Translations under genes and position numbers: made by a program | Shown here: positions 1 through 15,837 of the stretch, piece by piece | Numbering within the stretch: the stretch's first letter is position 1 | How the letters are laid out: every line of letters starts with the position of its first letter | Source: the human T2T-CHM13v2.0 reference genome, Homo sapiens | Length of the DNA stretch: 64,000 nt | NCBI RefSeq assembly: GCF_009914755.1 | Contig: NC_060932.1 | Reading direction: 5' to 3' (one strand) | Notes under the pieces: generated by a model | Seen by the model: the letters and a program-made list of their open reading frames with translations, nothing else | The model's database searches: none | Told to the model about the DNA's origin: nothing

Positions 1-479
1 ATTTAGTGCTGCCCACCCGACTATAACAGGCTGTCACTGGGTGTGACAGGCAGTATGAGACATTGTAGGAAACTGAGAACTGCCCGGGGAAGGCAATGAT
101 GAATGCCAAGCTGGGGTGGCCTGAAACAGCGATAGAAATTCTGAAGCATACCTTGCGGTGATGTGGCTTTGCTGAGCACTGCTTGAAAACAGGCTGGAAA
201 GCCAGCCTCCCAGGTTGCCATTAGGAACAGAGCTGCTCAAAATAAAGGCAGCTCTCAGGAGAGTCTTGACTCACACAGATGAGGTTGGGCACATGGCTGT
301 TATTCCAACCACACCCACACACACGTACACGCACACACCCAGAGGTGGTAGTGACTGCCAAAGGTCAGCCCCTGATATAGAGTATGGAATATCTGTGTAA
401 ATGGTATATAGAATATAACAGTGAAACTGGAAACAAGACTTAGGACATTTCAAATGAAATCCTCTGCAATGCTATTGAA

Positions 480-680
480 ATACTATTTGTAATTCTAATT
501 CCTAACACTTAAAAATTTTGCATTGCACAGAACATTTTCTCTGCATTATCTTGCTTGATCCTTATAACAATATCATGTAGCAGGCGGAGCAAATAATATC
601 ACACTTACAGTTGAGAAAATTGAAATTCAGAGTGGTCAAAAAAATTACCACAATGTCATACAGATTGTCAGATATTCTTG
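480..680 (-). mobile_element. MIR SINE relic
   Basis: MIR-like core: cttgatccttataacaa...ttacagttgagaaaattgaaattcagagtggtcaa. Confidence 0.55.
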
Positions 681-1104
681 GAGGGTTCAATAGTATCTAA
701 GAAGCCACATTTTTTTTCTCTTTTAACTTGGAGCAGCTTACATTAGCCTAAAGAAATTTTCATGAATCTATAATTTTGATTAAGTTAATAGGTAAAATTA
801 TATTCCCAGAAAAGAGAAAATTGGGATGGGAGTAGTTTTATTCACTTTACAAAAGAAATATTAATTTAGCTAAAGAATGTGATATGGCTTGTTTAAATCA
901 CAAATGAGAATATTTTAAAATAGCTCTATTGAGGTATATATACTGGTGCATTTAAACAATCAAAATTATTGTATAAATAAATAATCAAATCTAGAGCACA
1001 TGAAGGCTTCCTATGAAACAATAAGGAAAAAAGCAAAATTAAAATGGGCACAATGTATTACCAGCCAAGTCACGGAAGAAGAAATCCAAAACGTCAACAA
1101 ACAT

Positions 1105-1543
1105 CTGCTTGGGAAGGAATGCTAGCACTTTCTCCATTCCTTCCTTTTTCTTGGACATGGCTGCCCAGCCAGACACATATATTTCCTATTCGTGAGACTA
1201 AGTCCTTGCCGATGAAATGTGACTGGAAGAAATGTGTGCAACTTCTGCCTTATTTGTCTGCAAGGAAATTGCTTTTCCTGAGCTTGTCTTTTTTTCCAAA
1301 AGCTGGTATGTGGCAACGACCTGACTTCAACCAGGAAGACAAGGTTGATGACCTAAGGAATAGCATTGTAGCAAATGGAAGGATCCCTGAGTGACTGTGT
1401 GGAGCAGAGCCCTCCTACCAGCCTGGACTAGCCAACATAAGATTAAGTAAGAAAAAGATCTTTTTTATTGAAATTCTTACCTAGATTACTATATCTGGAG
1501 ATCTCTTTGTTACAGCTGCTTAGCCTTTACACTAACTAGTACA
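1105..1543 (+). mobile_element. MaLR LTR (MLT1J-like)
   Basis: tgactgtgtggagcagagccctcctaccagcctggact and 3' end tttgttacagctgcttagcctttacactaactagtaca. Confidence 0.65.
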
Positions 1544-1559
1544 ATGACCAATCTAACTA

Positions 1560-2809
<1,250 letters not shown>

Positions 2810-2818
2810 GGTTCAATG

Positions 2819-3115
<297 letters not shown>

Positions 3116-3783
3116 CAATTTATCTATTAAATTAATCTTGGTACTTCTGGATGCTTTAAAATCTTTTCCAAATGTAAAAAATTAAAATTGTTTCATTTTA
3201 TTTTTCAGGATATTTTTTACATAAAGCATACTGCATGGGTGTCCTACTGGTGATGGAAAAAGAAATGAAAGCATCTCTCAAAAGGGTCAAACCAAGGCCA
3301 GGTTTTATTTGGTGTTTGAGAAAACCTGGATTATTTGGGTCAGGAGAAAATTTTGGACTTCCTGCTAATCACAGGATTTCAACAGCAAGCGTCTTCAAAT
3401 CATGTGTGACATCCCCTGGCTGATAAGAGCCTTCCCACCTCATCTCAAGGAAGGCAACACCTTTCATAACTACTAGAATGACTACACTTGCCTCACTAAA
3501 TTGTAGTTGTTGAACCACAAACTTGATTCCTACTTCTGTAAAAATAAATCAGAATTAAAATGATTAAGATATGGAATTGAGCCTCCATGAGGTTTCAGCA
3601 GGCATCCATAACCTACAGGGTTATGACAGTCATATTTTCTGAATCCCAAATCAGGACATGGGACCATGGAAATAGAGAAGACCATCAAGCAGAACGTTTG
3701 ACTTCAGTTCTGTCGTGAAGATTCTGGGTTTTCAATCCTTCTAACTACAGTACTAGATGACAAAGATGATTTATTGCACATTA

Positions 3784-4450
<667 letters not shown>

Positions 4451-4795
4451 TTTAAACTTTTTTCTATCTTTATGGAAATAAGTTATTCCTGTAGAAAGCT
4501 TTATACCATACACAAAAGTATGTTTGGAGTAAAGATTCAAAGTTAAAAGCAAAAACTAGAACTTTAGAATAAAACTTACGAAAATATTTTTACAACATTG
4601 GTTAGGGCAGAGAGAAAATACAATAAAAAAGGTAACAAGAGATATAACTTGAGTATATTAAAATATACAATTTTGTGTAACAAAGGACTATAAAAGGCAA
4701 AACAAAGACTGGGAGGATATATCTACAATGATATCTGTATCTATATTTACCCCTATATAACACAAAAAGGTTAGGATTTCGAATATAAGATCTCA

Positions 4796-5104
<309 letters not shown>

Positions 5105-5507
5105 TTAAAAAATATATATATATGTATGTATATTTAAATATGTGTTTGTTTATATATATATATACATTTTACGTATATATAAATGTGTGTCTGTATATAC
5201 ACATATTTCTTAAATATAAGAAAAAGATAGGCAATACAATAGAAATTGGCAGAGAATATGAAAGGCAATTCACAGAAAAGGAAACCTGAATGGCCAATAA
5301 TATCATGCTCAAATTGACTAGTAATAAGTGAACTATAGATTAAACCAACACATCCATAAGATTACCAAAAATTTTCAAGTATTCCATCACACTTAACAAG
5401 AATGTGGTATGACTGGAACTCTCATACATTGCTGATGAGACCATAAATTGGTTCCAACATGCAGAGGGACAATTTCTGAAGCAATTATTAGAGTTGAAAG
5501 TGTATGC

Positions 5508-5674
5508 TCAGAAGCGTCAGGACCTGGGTGAGTCAAGGAGGTGCCTGGGGCTTCACATTTAAGGAGGCCCTCACTCTCAGGATCATGCAAGCATACGGTT
5601 GCCACCTGAGAGGGAAGTCCTCCTTAAATTTTGCACTCTGTGTCTTTGATTGCCTTATCCTGGTCCTGGTTCTG
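5508..5674. mobile_element. MER96-like hAT MITE
   Basis: Quasi-palindromic arms acatttaaggaggccctcactctcagg...cctgagagggaagtcctccttaaattttg. Confidence 0.6.
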
Positions 5675-6356
5675 AAGCATGTAAACTAAAAACCAATAAT
5701 TCCGTGTTTATAATATATATTAATATAATTCTGTATATAGAATATCTATTAATATACCTACAAATATACACCCCTCTTCCAAGAAATATAAACAAGATAG
5801 AAATAAGAGTTTCATTGTAGCATTGTTCACAAAAGTGAAAATGGAAAACATTTCCCAATTTTCCAAATGTCTTCAATAGAATGCACATATATAAATATGG
5901 CATATTCATGAGATAACGGTATACAATAATTAAAGTGAATAAACTAGAATTACATGTATCAACATGATTACATCTCAAAATACAATGTTGCATGAGCAAA
6001 GCAAGTTATAGAATGATACATTTGGCATGATTCATTTACATAAGCCTAAAAACATGCAAAATAATATTATCTATTGTTTATATTACTTTCATACACAGTA
6101 TGAAAAAACAAGTCATGGGAATGATAAACAACAAATTTATGGTACTACTTCTTTCTGTAAGAAAGGGAGGAAGGAAGGTTCAGAACAATGTAAAAAGAGG
6201 TCTATTTATTAAGTTTTTTTTTTTTTTAATGAAAGTATCTGAAGCAAAGTCAACAAAATACCAAGACTTGTTAGAGTCGGGTGGTGAGAACTTGGGTATT
6301 ACTTATATTATTCTCCAAAGTTTTTTGTATGTTTAAGCTTTTCATAATTTTTTGTT

Positions 6357-6482
6357 GGGCATAGTGGCTCACACCTGTAATCTCAGCACTTTGGGAGGCT
6401 GACGCAGGAGGACCACTTAAGACCAAGAGTTTGAGACCAGCTTGGGCAACATAGCAAGATCCCATCTCTATTTTTAAAATAA
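6357..6482 (+). mobile_element. Alu left monomer (FLAM-like)
   Basis: gggcatagtggctcacacctgtaatctcagcactttgggagg...cccatctcta then A-rich. Confidence 0.85.
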
Positions 6483-6885
6483 ACATTAATAAAATAAAAA
6501 TTTTAAAATTTTGTAAGTTTTAAAAATGAGAAAAATAAAAACCGTTAACGAAATAGATATTCATGTCCATAGCTGGTAACTTTGGGTAAGCCAGTTAACT
6601 TTTCCAGAATATTAGTTTATTTTTTTCTAAAATAACAACATTAATTTCAAATTCGGAGGGTGATAGCTGTTGTGTTTTCTAACTCTACGAAGGCTTTCCT
6701 GCTATATATTCAACATTGTTGTTATTGAATGACTCCTGACTGAGGTTTGTGGGCTTAATTATTGGCTAGTGGAGCCCCAGATGGGTCCTATGTCATGAGA
6801 TTCAGAATTTGGAATGTCTATGGTGCTCACCAAAATATAATCCCACCTTCACCCCATTAGCCTCATCTCTGTGTTTTAAGTCCTC

Positions 6886-7310
6886 ATGTTGGACATGGTG
6901 ACACACCACCCAGATCTCCATCAAGGAAGGACTTCTTGCCTATTTCTGGAAGGACTATTAGCAGAAAACCTTCAACCGTCAGTGCCTTCAGGGATTACCC
7001 CATCTGCAAAGAGCCACCTAGTTCAAGGTCAAGCCTTTCCCAGGGCATCCCATATCTGGTGACTGATAGATATGAGTGAATAAACATCCAACCATTCCGG
7101 CCCAACACAGGCCAATTCTGACCAGCGATTTTAGCTCCAAAACTCCCTCTGCGGTTGCCTGGGGTGGCTGCAGCTTCACTTCTCCCACTGCCCAATTTGG
7201 CATCTCCCCCTGGCCTTCCACAGGCGTTGACCAGGGAGCATTTCCTAATAAACAATCTGCAGGCTCAACAGTCTCAGGGTCTGCTTCCTGGAGAGACCAA
7301 CTGATAAAGT
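6886..7310 (+). mobile_element. ERVL LTR (LTR16A-like)
   Basis: cagcttcacttctcccactgccca...taataaacaatctgc...gtctgcttcctggagagacc. Confidence 0.7.
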
Positions 7311-9120
7311 TGGGTAGGTGAAAATGTAATACGAGGCTTGGGAACTGGGTCACTTGCCACCTCGCTGGCAATAAGGATTCCATCACTGGTGGTAAGTTGA
7401 GCACAAATAGCTCCTGACATAAAGCGACCATCTATATCGGGTTGAATAGTGTCCCTCCAAAATTCATGTCTACCTGGAAACTCAGAATATAACTTGTTTG
7501 GAAATGGTGTCTTTGTAGATGTAATTAGTTACGGTTGTTGGGATAAAATCATCCTGGATTTAGAGTGCGCTTTAAATCCAGTGACTGGTATCCTTATAAG
7601 AAGAGGGGAAGACACACAGACAGAGAGACATGGGGAAGACCCTATGAAGATGGAGGCAGGGATTTGAGTGATGTGTTCACAATCCAAGAAATGCCACGAG
7701 CCACCACAGTCAGGAAGGGGTAAGGAAGGATTCTCCCCTTACATGTTTAGAGGGACCATGGCCCTGCCAATACTTTGATTTGAGATTTATTGCCTCCAGA
7801 ACTATGAGAGATTAAATGTATATTTTTTAATCCACTTAAGTTTGTGGTAATTTCTTATGAACAGACTGTGCAAGGAAATTAATACACAGCCTAGTTCTTA
7901 AAACTGTCACCAGTGGCAAATGGAGATGGTATAGTAGCAGAAGGAAATGCAGTGGCTGGTATAAAGTATTAGATATTTGAAAACATTGGAAGAATCAGTG
8001 CCTATAATGACAATGGAATCCAATTCTACTGCCTTAACGTAGTCTGACACTTTAGAAAATAAAATGAAAACCTGACAGCAATTTACAGGCCATGGGAAAT
8101 CAAATGTGGAGAAGCCAGTGGGCCTTCTTGCAGCATAGAAAGAGGCTCTCCTCTCCTAGGTGAAGGCAGAGAAAGCTGACCACCAGTCTTAGGACCTAAT
8201 TGTCAGAACAGCAGGGCTCCAAGGAAAGCTAAACTCCCAGCCAAGATAGATCTGCTCTGGCAAGGTCAGGACCCTGGTGTGAAAGAACAGTACTCTGATA
8301 CTAGGATGGGGACATCCAGGTTGATTCCAGAGCCTTCCTTTCCTCAATCTTGGAACTCCTAATTCTCTAAACCCTCTGGGCCTGCAGAGGTGGGCCACCC
8401 CTCCCTAGTAAGAATGTAAGAATACTTCATCCCCATTGCTGGAAGACAGTGTGGGGAGCCTCTACCCACAAAACAAAATGTGTCCCCCACCTCCTCTCTT
8501 GACCCTTAGGCCTATAAATACAGTTACGTTGCTGCCTAACCTAGTCCCTAGCCGAGAGGATGTGCTGGGCCTGATAAGGAGAGAAAGGGATTATACACCA
8601 GGGGATGGTCAGGACCTCCTGACCCATGTACCAGCCACAGCCTGAGGACAAACAAGAGACTTGACGCTGAGAGTGATGATCAAGGGGCCAGAACTTTAGA
8701 CTGGATGACGGAAAGGATGTAAATTTGAGAGTGCTCTCTCGAGACTGAGAATTGAGCACCTTGGAAAGGCCTGGAGATAGTGTGAGCTGGCTACTAAAAT
8801 GGCTTCCAGAAGCACAGAAGAGGTGATGGCCCAGGCTAAGGAGGCTGAAATGCAAGAACCGCCAGGGCAGATGGCGGAGAAAGAGATGGAGAGGCTTGGG
8901 GAAGTAGACACACTGGATTGCATATACTAGGTAAGACCAGACGGCCTACAGGTGATCAGTTTCTGCAGGAGACCCAGATGCAGCCTTACAAAGGTCATCA
9001 GGAGTGTGCTGATGGAAGGGTACCAGGTTCTCTATGAAGTTCAATGATGGCCTCATCTGTGGGCCAAGGCTGAGGTAGTGGGGGCTGTCACAGACAAGGT
9101 TCATGTGCAGCAATGGGGAG
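7311..9120 (+). mobile_element. Degenerate ERVL internal (gag-like) sequence, interrupted by MLT1
   Basis: Follows LTR16; ggacctaattgtcagaacagcagggctccaaggaaagctaaactcccagcc; no intact ORF. Confidence 0.6.
7433..7888 (+). mobile_element. MaLR LTR (MLT1B/C-like)
   Basis: gggttgaatagtgtccctccaaaattcatgtc...gcctccagaactatgagagattaaatg...aattaataca. Confidence 0.85.
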
Positions 9121-9354
9121 GAAACAAGGCACAACAAGACATTAAAGAGCAAATTGAACTACACAGTTACCTACAGTAGACACCTGTGTGCGATGTGGGT
9201 TTGTTGAATGAATGTCAATCATCATGAAAGAGAACTTCTGAGAATAAATATTGGACCCTAAAACAAAAATAATAGATGTTTGCATTTAGAAGTTATTAAT
9301 GTAGTTCTGAGAACGATCTCTTTCACCAGCTGCCATTGGCCCTTTCCTCTGGGC

Positions 9355-9943
9355 TGTTGAAAGAACTTTAGACTAATTAAATTTAACAGAGTGTAATTCA
9401 GCAAAGAACGATTTATGAACTGAGCAGTCCTCCAAAGCAGAATAGGTTCAGAGCCACTGCAGTGCTGCCACTGGATTGCAGAGGATTTATGGGCAAAAAA
9501 AGGAAAGTAAGGTACAGAAAACAGAAGTGAGGTACAGAAACAGCTGGATTGGTTACAGCTTGGTGTTTGACTTATTTGAACACGATTTGAACAGTTATCC
9601 ACCTTTGATTGGCTGAAACTCTGTGACTGGCACAAGAGTAGGTTACAGCCTGTTCACACATTCAGTTAGGCTACAGTTCACTATGTACTATATGTGGAAA
9701 AACTTTTAGCCTGAACTTAAAATATATATGGAGGCAGCTTTAGGCTAAAATTAATTTATTTTTAAATTTAAAAAAACTTTTTTTGGAGACAGGGTCTTGC
9801 TCTTTTGCTCAAACTGGAGTGCAGTGATGTTATCATAGCTCACTGCAGCCTTGACCTCCTGAGCTCAAGTGATCCTCCCACTGCAGCCTCCCGAGTAGCT
9901 GGGGCTACAAGTATGTACCACCACGCATGGCTTAAATATAACA
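9355..9943 (-). mobile_element. MER57 solo LTR, with an Alu arm near its 5' end
   Basis: gaagtgaggtacagaaacagctggattggttacag...ggaggcagctttaggctaaa. Confidence 0.8.
9775..9931 (-). mobile_element. AluJ right arm / FRAM
   Basis: gagacagggtcttgctc...catagctcactgcagccttgacctcctgagctcaag. Confidence 0.85.
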
Positions 9944-10127
9944 GGTCAAAACCCATTACTTTTGTTCAGGGAAAATTCCTACCTTGCTATGAACAATATA
10001 AAAAAAGAAAAACAAAAAGATGGCAGATGATGGAGGAGGGAATGAAGAGGCTTGGGAAATAGACATGCTGCGGTGGGTGTCCTCCACATCATTGATGGCA
10101 CTGCAGCCTACAGCATGAGGCACAGGT

Positions 10128-10537
10128 GGTGTGTGGTGGAGAGTGACGTGCAGTCCATGTGTCCCTGGGCGGACCAAGGTACCCACTCCCCCAGCTGCCA
10201 GAAGTGTTACTGGCAGCTCCCAGTTGAGTTTCTCCCCAGGAACTGCCTAGCTGCTGCCTAGCCCAAAGTCAACCCCTACCACAGGGCCAGCCCACATTCA
10301 ATGATTGGCTCACGCTAGGTACAAAGATTCAGCCCTCTTGCCTGATTAAGGATAACCGGAAGGGCCTTTCCAGCTGCACTCTCCCCGTGGGGTTGACTGA
10401 GGCCTCTGAACAAGTACATCGCAGCTCATCTTCCTTCTGTGCCCAGGCCTGGAACCTGCACCCCTTTGCAGATGTGGTTCCTCAGAACACTATTAAAAAA
10501 CAGGTCTCAGGACCTGTTCCAGAAACCTACCTAAGAT
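10128..10537 (+). mobile_element. ERVL LTR (LTR16C-like)
   Basis: ctccccgtggggttgactgaggcctc...catcgcagctcatcttccttctgtgccca...aacctacctaagata. Confidence 0.7.
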
Positions 10538-11531
10538 AGTAAGTGTTGTCATCAATCATGGAGTCCGCCCAACTGCACAGAGTTTCAAGAGTGGTGAAAC
10601 TAATATTTGTAAGTCTGTCCATGGCAGGCCCGGCAGCTCTGAGAATTCCATAAACGGCTCCTAATTTCTGTGTGCTTTGAGTCAGTTTTAATAATGAAGT
10701 TAAGAACATTTGACCTTTAATAGCTCCCTACATGCTTACATTTGCTAATTGAAAGACTGCCTGAAACTGAAAGCAGGCTTTGCACACCAAAGCCCTCTCG
10801 CATATTGAAAACAAAGGGATCTCCAGAGATTTTAGGTTTACAAAGGCACATTCATGCTTGGGAATTCATGGGTTTAGCATTTTCAATTAGGTCATTTCAT
10901 ATAGAGGGAGGACTGAGAATGTGCAGGTATGGTCATGGAACGTTAACTGGAAATAATAGAGTTTTTGGGGTACCTCTGAAACAACTCCAAGAGAGACAAT
11001 TGATTTAAAGTCCATGCAGTATAGTGTGCACGGTGCCTGCCAACCCTTTTCTAATTGGATTATCTGAGACTAAATGTGAAGAGTTAAATAATTTCGTAAC
11101 ACAACACAGAACAAATATCATGGTGATGTGACCCAGAGAAGGAGCACCTGAGCTTTTACTCTAATCTGAAAGGCTTTGGCAACCTTGGCTCCAGCTGGGG
11201 TGCAAAGGGGTCCATCGAAGTGAAGCAGAAGTTGCCCCAAAGGCTGTTGGCCAGGCCACAGCTGGGCTGACTCATTGTTCGGTGACTTGTTCAGGACTAT
11301 AGCTGCTATGCAAACAGAGAAAGTGGGATTGCTTTTGCTTTTTATGGAGGTACAGTCACAGTCAGGGCTAATTTAATTCCTTCATGCTGACAAACTGAAC
11401 ACAGAAGTCAAGATCTGGGGACAAAAGCATGCAAGGCCATAGCTTTCAGCAGCCCCAGACCCAGCATCTTAGTGCAGCAGAAGCAGCACAGAGGCAGTGC
11501 CATGAAAAAAGTCAATTCCAAGAGCAAAGAC

Positions 11532-11858
11532 AGGCGGGTTTTGGTGGCTCATGCCTGTAATCCCAGCACTGTGGAAAGCCAAGACAGGAGGATTGCTTGA
11601 GCCCAGAGTTCAAGACCAGTCTGGGCAACAAATGTGAGACCCTGACTTTAAAAAAAAATTTAAAAAAGTAACCGAGTGTGGTGGTACACACCTGTGGTAC
11701 CAGCTACATGGGAGGCTGAGGCAGGAGTATTGCTTCAGCACAGGAACTCAAGGCTGTGGTGAGCTGTATGATCATGCCAGAACCAGCACACTCTAACCTG
11801 GGCAACAGAATGAGACCCTGTCTCAAAAAAAAAAAAAAAAAAAAGAAAGAAAAAAAAA
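11532..11858 (+). mobile_element. AluJ
   Basis: ggaggattgcttgagcccagagttcaagacc; long A tail. Confidence 0.9.
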
Positions 11859-12187
11859 TGGTAAGACAACAGAAGAACTTCATTCTATGAGATGATCAAG
11901 AAAATGAAAAAGCAACCCATAGAATGGGACATGCTGGGGTGGGTACCTCCATGCCATTTATGACACTGCAAATACTTGCAAATCACTTATTTGATGAGTG
12001 GCTATTATTGGGAATACATAAAGAACTCTTACAACTCAATAATAAATAACCTAATTGAAAATGAGCAAAGTCTTTGAGTAGAAACTTCTGTAAAGAAGAT
12101 ATATAAACAGTAAATAAGTAAATGAAATGATGCCCAACATTAGTCATTAGGGAAATGCAAATCATAACCACCATGATATAGCACTAG

Positions 12188-12914
12188 CGAAACTGCCTTT
12201 CCAAATTTTAACTGAGGAAATTATGACAGTGAAAGAAATCAGACCTGACCGACTCCACCTTGCTTCTAAGGTTTACGCTGTTCTTTTTCATTCCTTGGTG
12301 TAGTCAGAACTAACTTAGGGAAGGAATTCAGTTCATGGTTTGACTCTGAAACGAAATTGATAATACCCCTTCCCAAAAAGACCCTGTTCTTGCCTGGGGA
12401 CCAGTCTGCCTTTGCAGGACTAACAAATTAGCTACAAGATTAGAAATTATGGTTTAGGGGGTCATGCAGTCTCTGGCTCTAAGAGTCTGAACCTCCCCAA
12501 ATTGCTCCTGGGGATAACATCACTATTGTAAAACCTAAGATCAGTGCTTGAGATAATTTGCAGACCCTGCACTCAATGGATCAACTGACACCACTCAGAC
12601 TGTAATCTGGCTCAACCAGTTCTACCATTGCACCCAAGAACAGAAGAAGCAAGAAAAGCTCACTTCGACCCCCTATGATTCCAACTCCAATCTGACCAAT
12701 CAGCACTCCCCAATTCCTAAGCCCCATCCACCAAATTATCTTTAAAAACTCTGATCCCCAAATGCTGGGGGAGACTGATTTGAGTAATAATAAAACTCTG
12801 GTCTCCTGCACAGCCAGCTCTGCATAAATTACTCTTTCTCCATTGCAATTCCCCTGTCTTGATAAACTGGCTCCCACTAGGCAGCAGGCAAGGTGAACGC
12901 ATTGGGCAGTTACA
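12188..12914 (+). mobile_element. LTR8 solo LTR (ERV1), 4-bp TSD CTAG
   Basis: Starts cgaaactgcctttccaaa, ends gggcagttaca; ctag at 12184-12187 and 12915-12918. Confidence 0.85.
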
Positions 12915-13287
12915 CTAGGGTGGCTGGAATCAAGAAGACAGATAATAACAAATGTTGGTGAGGATGTGGAGTCATTCAGAAACCTGCACAATGCCGATGA
13001 GAATATAAGATGGTGCCATTGCTATGGAAAACAGTTTGGCAGTCCTTGAAAAGGTTAAACGTAGAGTTAGCATACAACCCAGTAATTCCACACCTTGGTA
13101 TATACGCCAGAGAAATGAAAATATATGTTCACTCAAAATCTTGTACACAAATGCTCATAGCAACAGCATTCATAATTGCCAAAAAGTGAAAACAACTCAA
13201 ATGTCCATCAACAGATGAATGGATAAGCAAAATGTGGTATAGCCAAACAATGGAATACTATTCAGCCATAAAAATATATGAAGTACT

Positions 13288-13551
13288 GGCTGGGTGTAGT
13301 GGCTCATGCCTGTAATCACAGCACTTTGGGAGGCAGGGGCAGGCAGATTATGAGGTCAGGAGTTTCAGACAAGCCTGACCAACATCGTGAAACCCTGTCT
13401 GTACTAAAAATACAAAAATTAGCCAGGAATGGTGGCACGTGCCTGTAATCCCAGCTACTCAGGAGGCTGAAGGTTGCAGTGAGCCGAGATTGCACCACTG
13501 CACTCCAGCCTGGGTGACAGAGCGAAACTCTGTCTCAAAAAAAAAAAAAAA
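13288..13551 (+). mobile_element. AluS with right-arm deletion
   Basis: ggaggctga joined directly to aggttgcagtgagccgag. Confidence 0.9.
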
Positions 13552-14444
13552 AGTATGAGGTATTGACACATGCTATGACATGGTTGAGTCTTGAAAACAT
13601 ATGCTAGGTGAAAGAAAGAAGTGGCAAAAGACCACATATTATATGATTTGTTTTTTAAGCAAAGTTCATAATAGGCAAATTTATAGAGACAGAAGTAGAT
13701 TAGTGATTACCTAGGGTTAGAGGGTAGTTAATAGGGAAAGGTCACTGGTGGGTATGGAATTCTTTTTTTTTGAGTTGATGAAGACGCTATAAATTTAGAT
13801 GGTGGCAATGGCTGCACAACTCTGAATATATTAAAGCCACTGACTTGTACGCTTTAAATGAGTGAATTTTCTGACATGTGAATTATATCCCAATAAAGAT
13901 GTTTTAAAATTTTTAAGAAGAAACATCATTCCATTAAGATTGTGCCCTCCATTTCTTCCCTAAGCCTGGGTCAGATGGGGAAAAGAGCTATCCATTCTGA
14001 GTTCCCTGGGGGGAAAGGCTGCATGTTAGTCTCTTTTTTGTTATGAACCCCAACCAACATCCTGAAATGTAGTTTCATTTTCCATTTATTAATAATATAT
14101 CACACCATATAGCATGTTTAACACCACCTCTTAATGGTGTGGCAACTCACAGAAGAAAAAGAAAGCCCAGAGAAGGGGCAGGAAATAGATAAAGCAAGTA
14201 GCAGGAAGGAAAAACGCACAATGAAGTATGATAAGGGGCAAAATAGCTGGAGAACCATTGCCAATGACCCTGACAAATATGTGCATGCTATTTGCTTTTG
14301 ATTGGAAGCTGTCAGCAGGAGAAATTGTTGATGTAATCTCTGAGTTACTTTGTCTTTATCTTCCAAGAAACATGGATCCCAAATAGATTAGCCTTCTTTT
14401 TCATTTCTCCTGGATCACTTCACTGAAGGATATCAATTCCATTT

Positions 14445-15597
14445 TTATTTTTATTTTATTATATTTATATTTTTTACATGTATATACATATTTACTTTAA
14501 GTTCTGGGATACACGTGCAGAATGTGCAGGTTTGTTACATAGGTATACATGTGCCATGGTGGTTTGCTGCACCCATCAACCCATAATCTAGGTTTTAAGC
14601 CCTGCATGCATTAGGTATTTGTCCTAATGCTCTCCCTCCCCTCCCTGTGTCCATGTGTTCTCATTGTTCAACTCTCACTTATCAATGCGTTTGGTCTTCT
14701 GTTCCTGTGTTAGTTTGCTGAGAATGATGGCTTCCAGCTTCATCCATGTCCCTGCAAAGGACATGAACTCATTCGTATTTATGGCTGCATAGTATCCCAT
14801 GGTGAATATGTACCACATTTTATTTATCTAGTCTCTCATTGATGGGCATTTGGGTTGGTTCCAAGTCTTTGCTATTGTAAACAGTGCTGCAATAAACATA
14901 TATGTGCATGTGTCTTTTTGGTAGAATGATTTACAATCCTTTGGGTATATACCCAGTAATGGGATGGCTGGGTCAAATGGTATTTCTGGTTCTAGATCCT
15001 TGAGGAATTGCCACACTGTCTTCCACAGTGGTCGAACTAATTTACACTCCCACCAACACTGTAAAAGTGCTCCTGTTTCTCAACAGTCTCGCCAGCATCT
15101 GTTGTTTCCTGACTTTTTAATAATCTCCACTCTAACTGGTGTGAGATGGTATCTCATTGTGGTTTGGATTTACATTTCTCTCATAACCAGTGATGATGAG
15201 CTTTTTTTATGTTTATTGACCGCATAAATGTCTTCTTTTGAGAAGTGTCCGTGCATATCCTTCACCCACTTTTTGACGCGGTTGTTTTTTTTCTTGTAAA
15301 TTTGTTTAAGTTCCTAGTAGATTCTGGATATTAAACCTCTGTCAGATGGGCAGACTGACAAAGGGCAAGCACTTTGTCAGCAGTGCTTGTGGGACAAAAA
15401 TTTTCTCCCATTCTCTAGGTTGCCTGTTCACTCTGATGATAGTTTCTTTTGCTGTGCAGAAGCTCTTTAGTTTAATTAGATCCCATTTGTCAATTTTGGC
15501 TTTTCTTGCGATTGCTTTTGGTGTTTTAGTCATGAAGCCTTTGCCCATGCCTATGTCCTGAATGGTATTGCCTAGGTTTTCTTCCAAGGTTTTAAGC
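14445..15597 (-). mobile_element. 5'-truncated primate L1PA (about L1PA7/8)
   Basis: L1PA 3' end tactttaagttctgggatacacgtgcag; ORF2 C-terminal peptides LEPEIPFDPAIPLLGIYP and [20 protein letters not shown]. Confidence 0.93.
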
Positions 15598-15837
15598 CTA
15601 CATGTTTTTCTATAGCTGATCTGTATTTTCCTCCACATGTGTATATTTTTTCAAGCAGGCTAAAGCTACATGTATGACAACTCTCCAACTAGAGCATTTA
15701 TAAGGATGGACATTCAATGTGAACAGTTTTTTGGAGGGCAGCTACTTAGCTTGGTGGCACCTTTGCTACAGCACTGAGTCTCCTCTCTGGTTCTGCTTCT
15801 TTTCCACTCCAAATTCTTCACTATCTTTGGGGTGAAT

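Larger units (their letters stand above)
11880..13915 (+). mobile_element. L1MB-like 3' region, interrupted by LTR8 and an Alu
   Basis: aacaaatgttggtgaggatgtggag...tgtccatcaacagatgaatggataagc...tgtgaattatatcccaataaag. Confidence 0.85.

Noticed and set aside
10527-10709. Minus-strand exon candidate ending AG|GTAGGT
   Set aside because: The donor lies in the LTR16 terminus, the acceptor has no polypyrimidine tract, and the peptide is unrecognisable.
14828-15638. Peptides with real protein similarity
   Set aside because: They are fragments of L1 ORF2 in a truncated, frameshifted L1PA, not a host gene.
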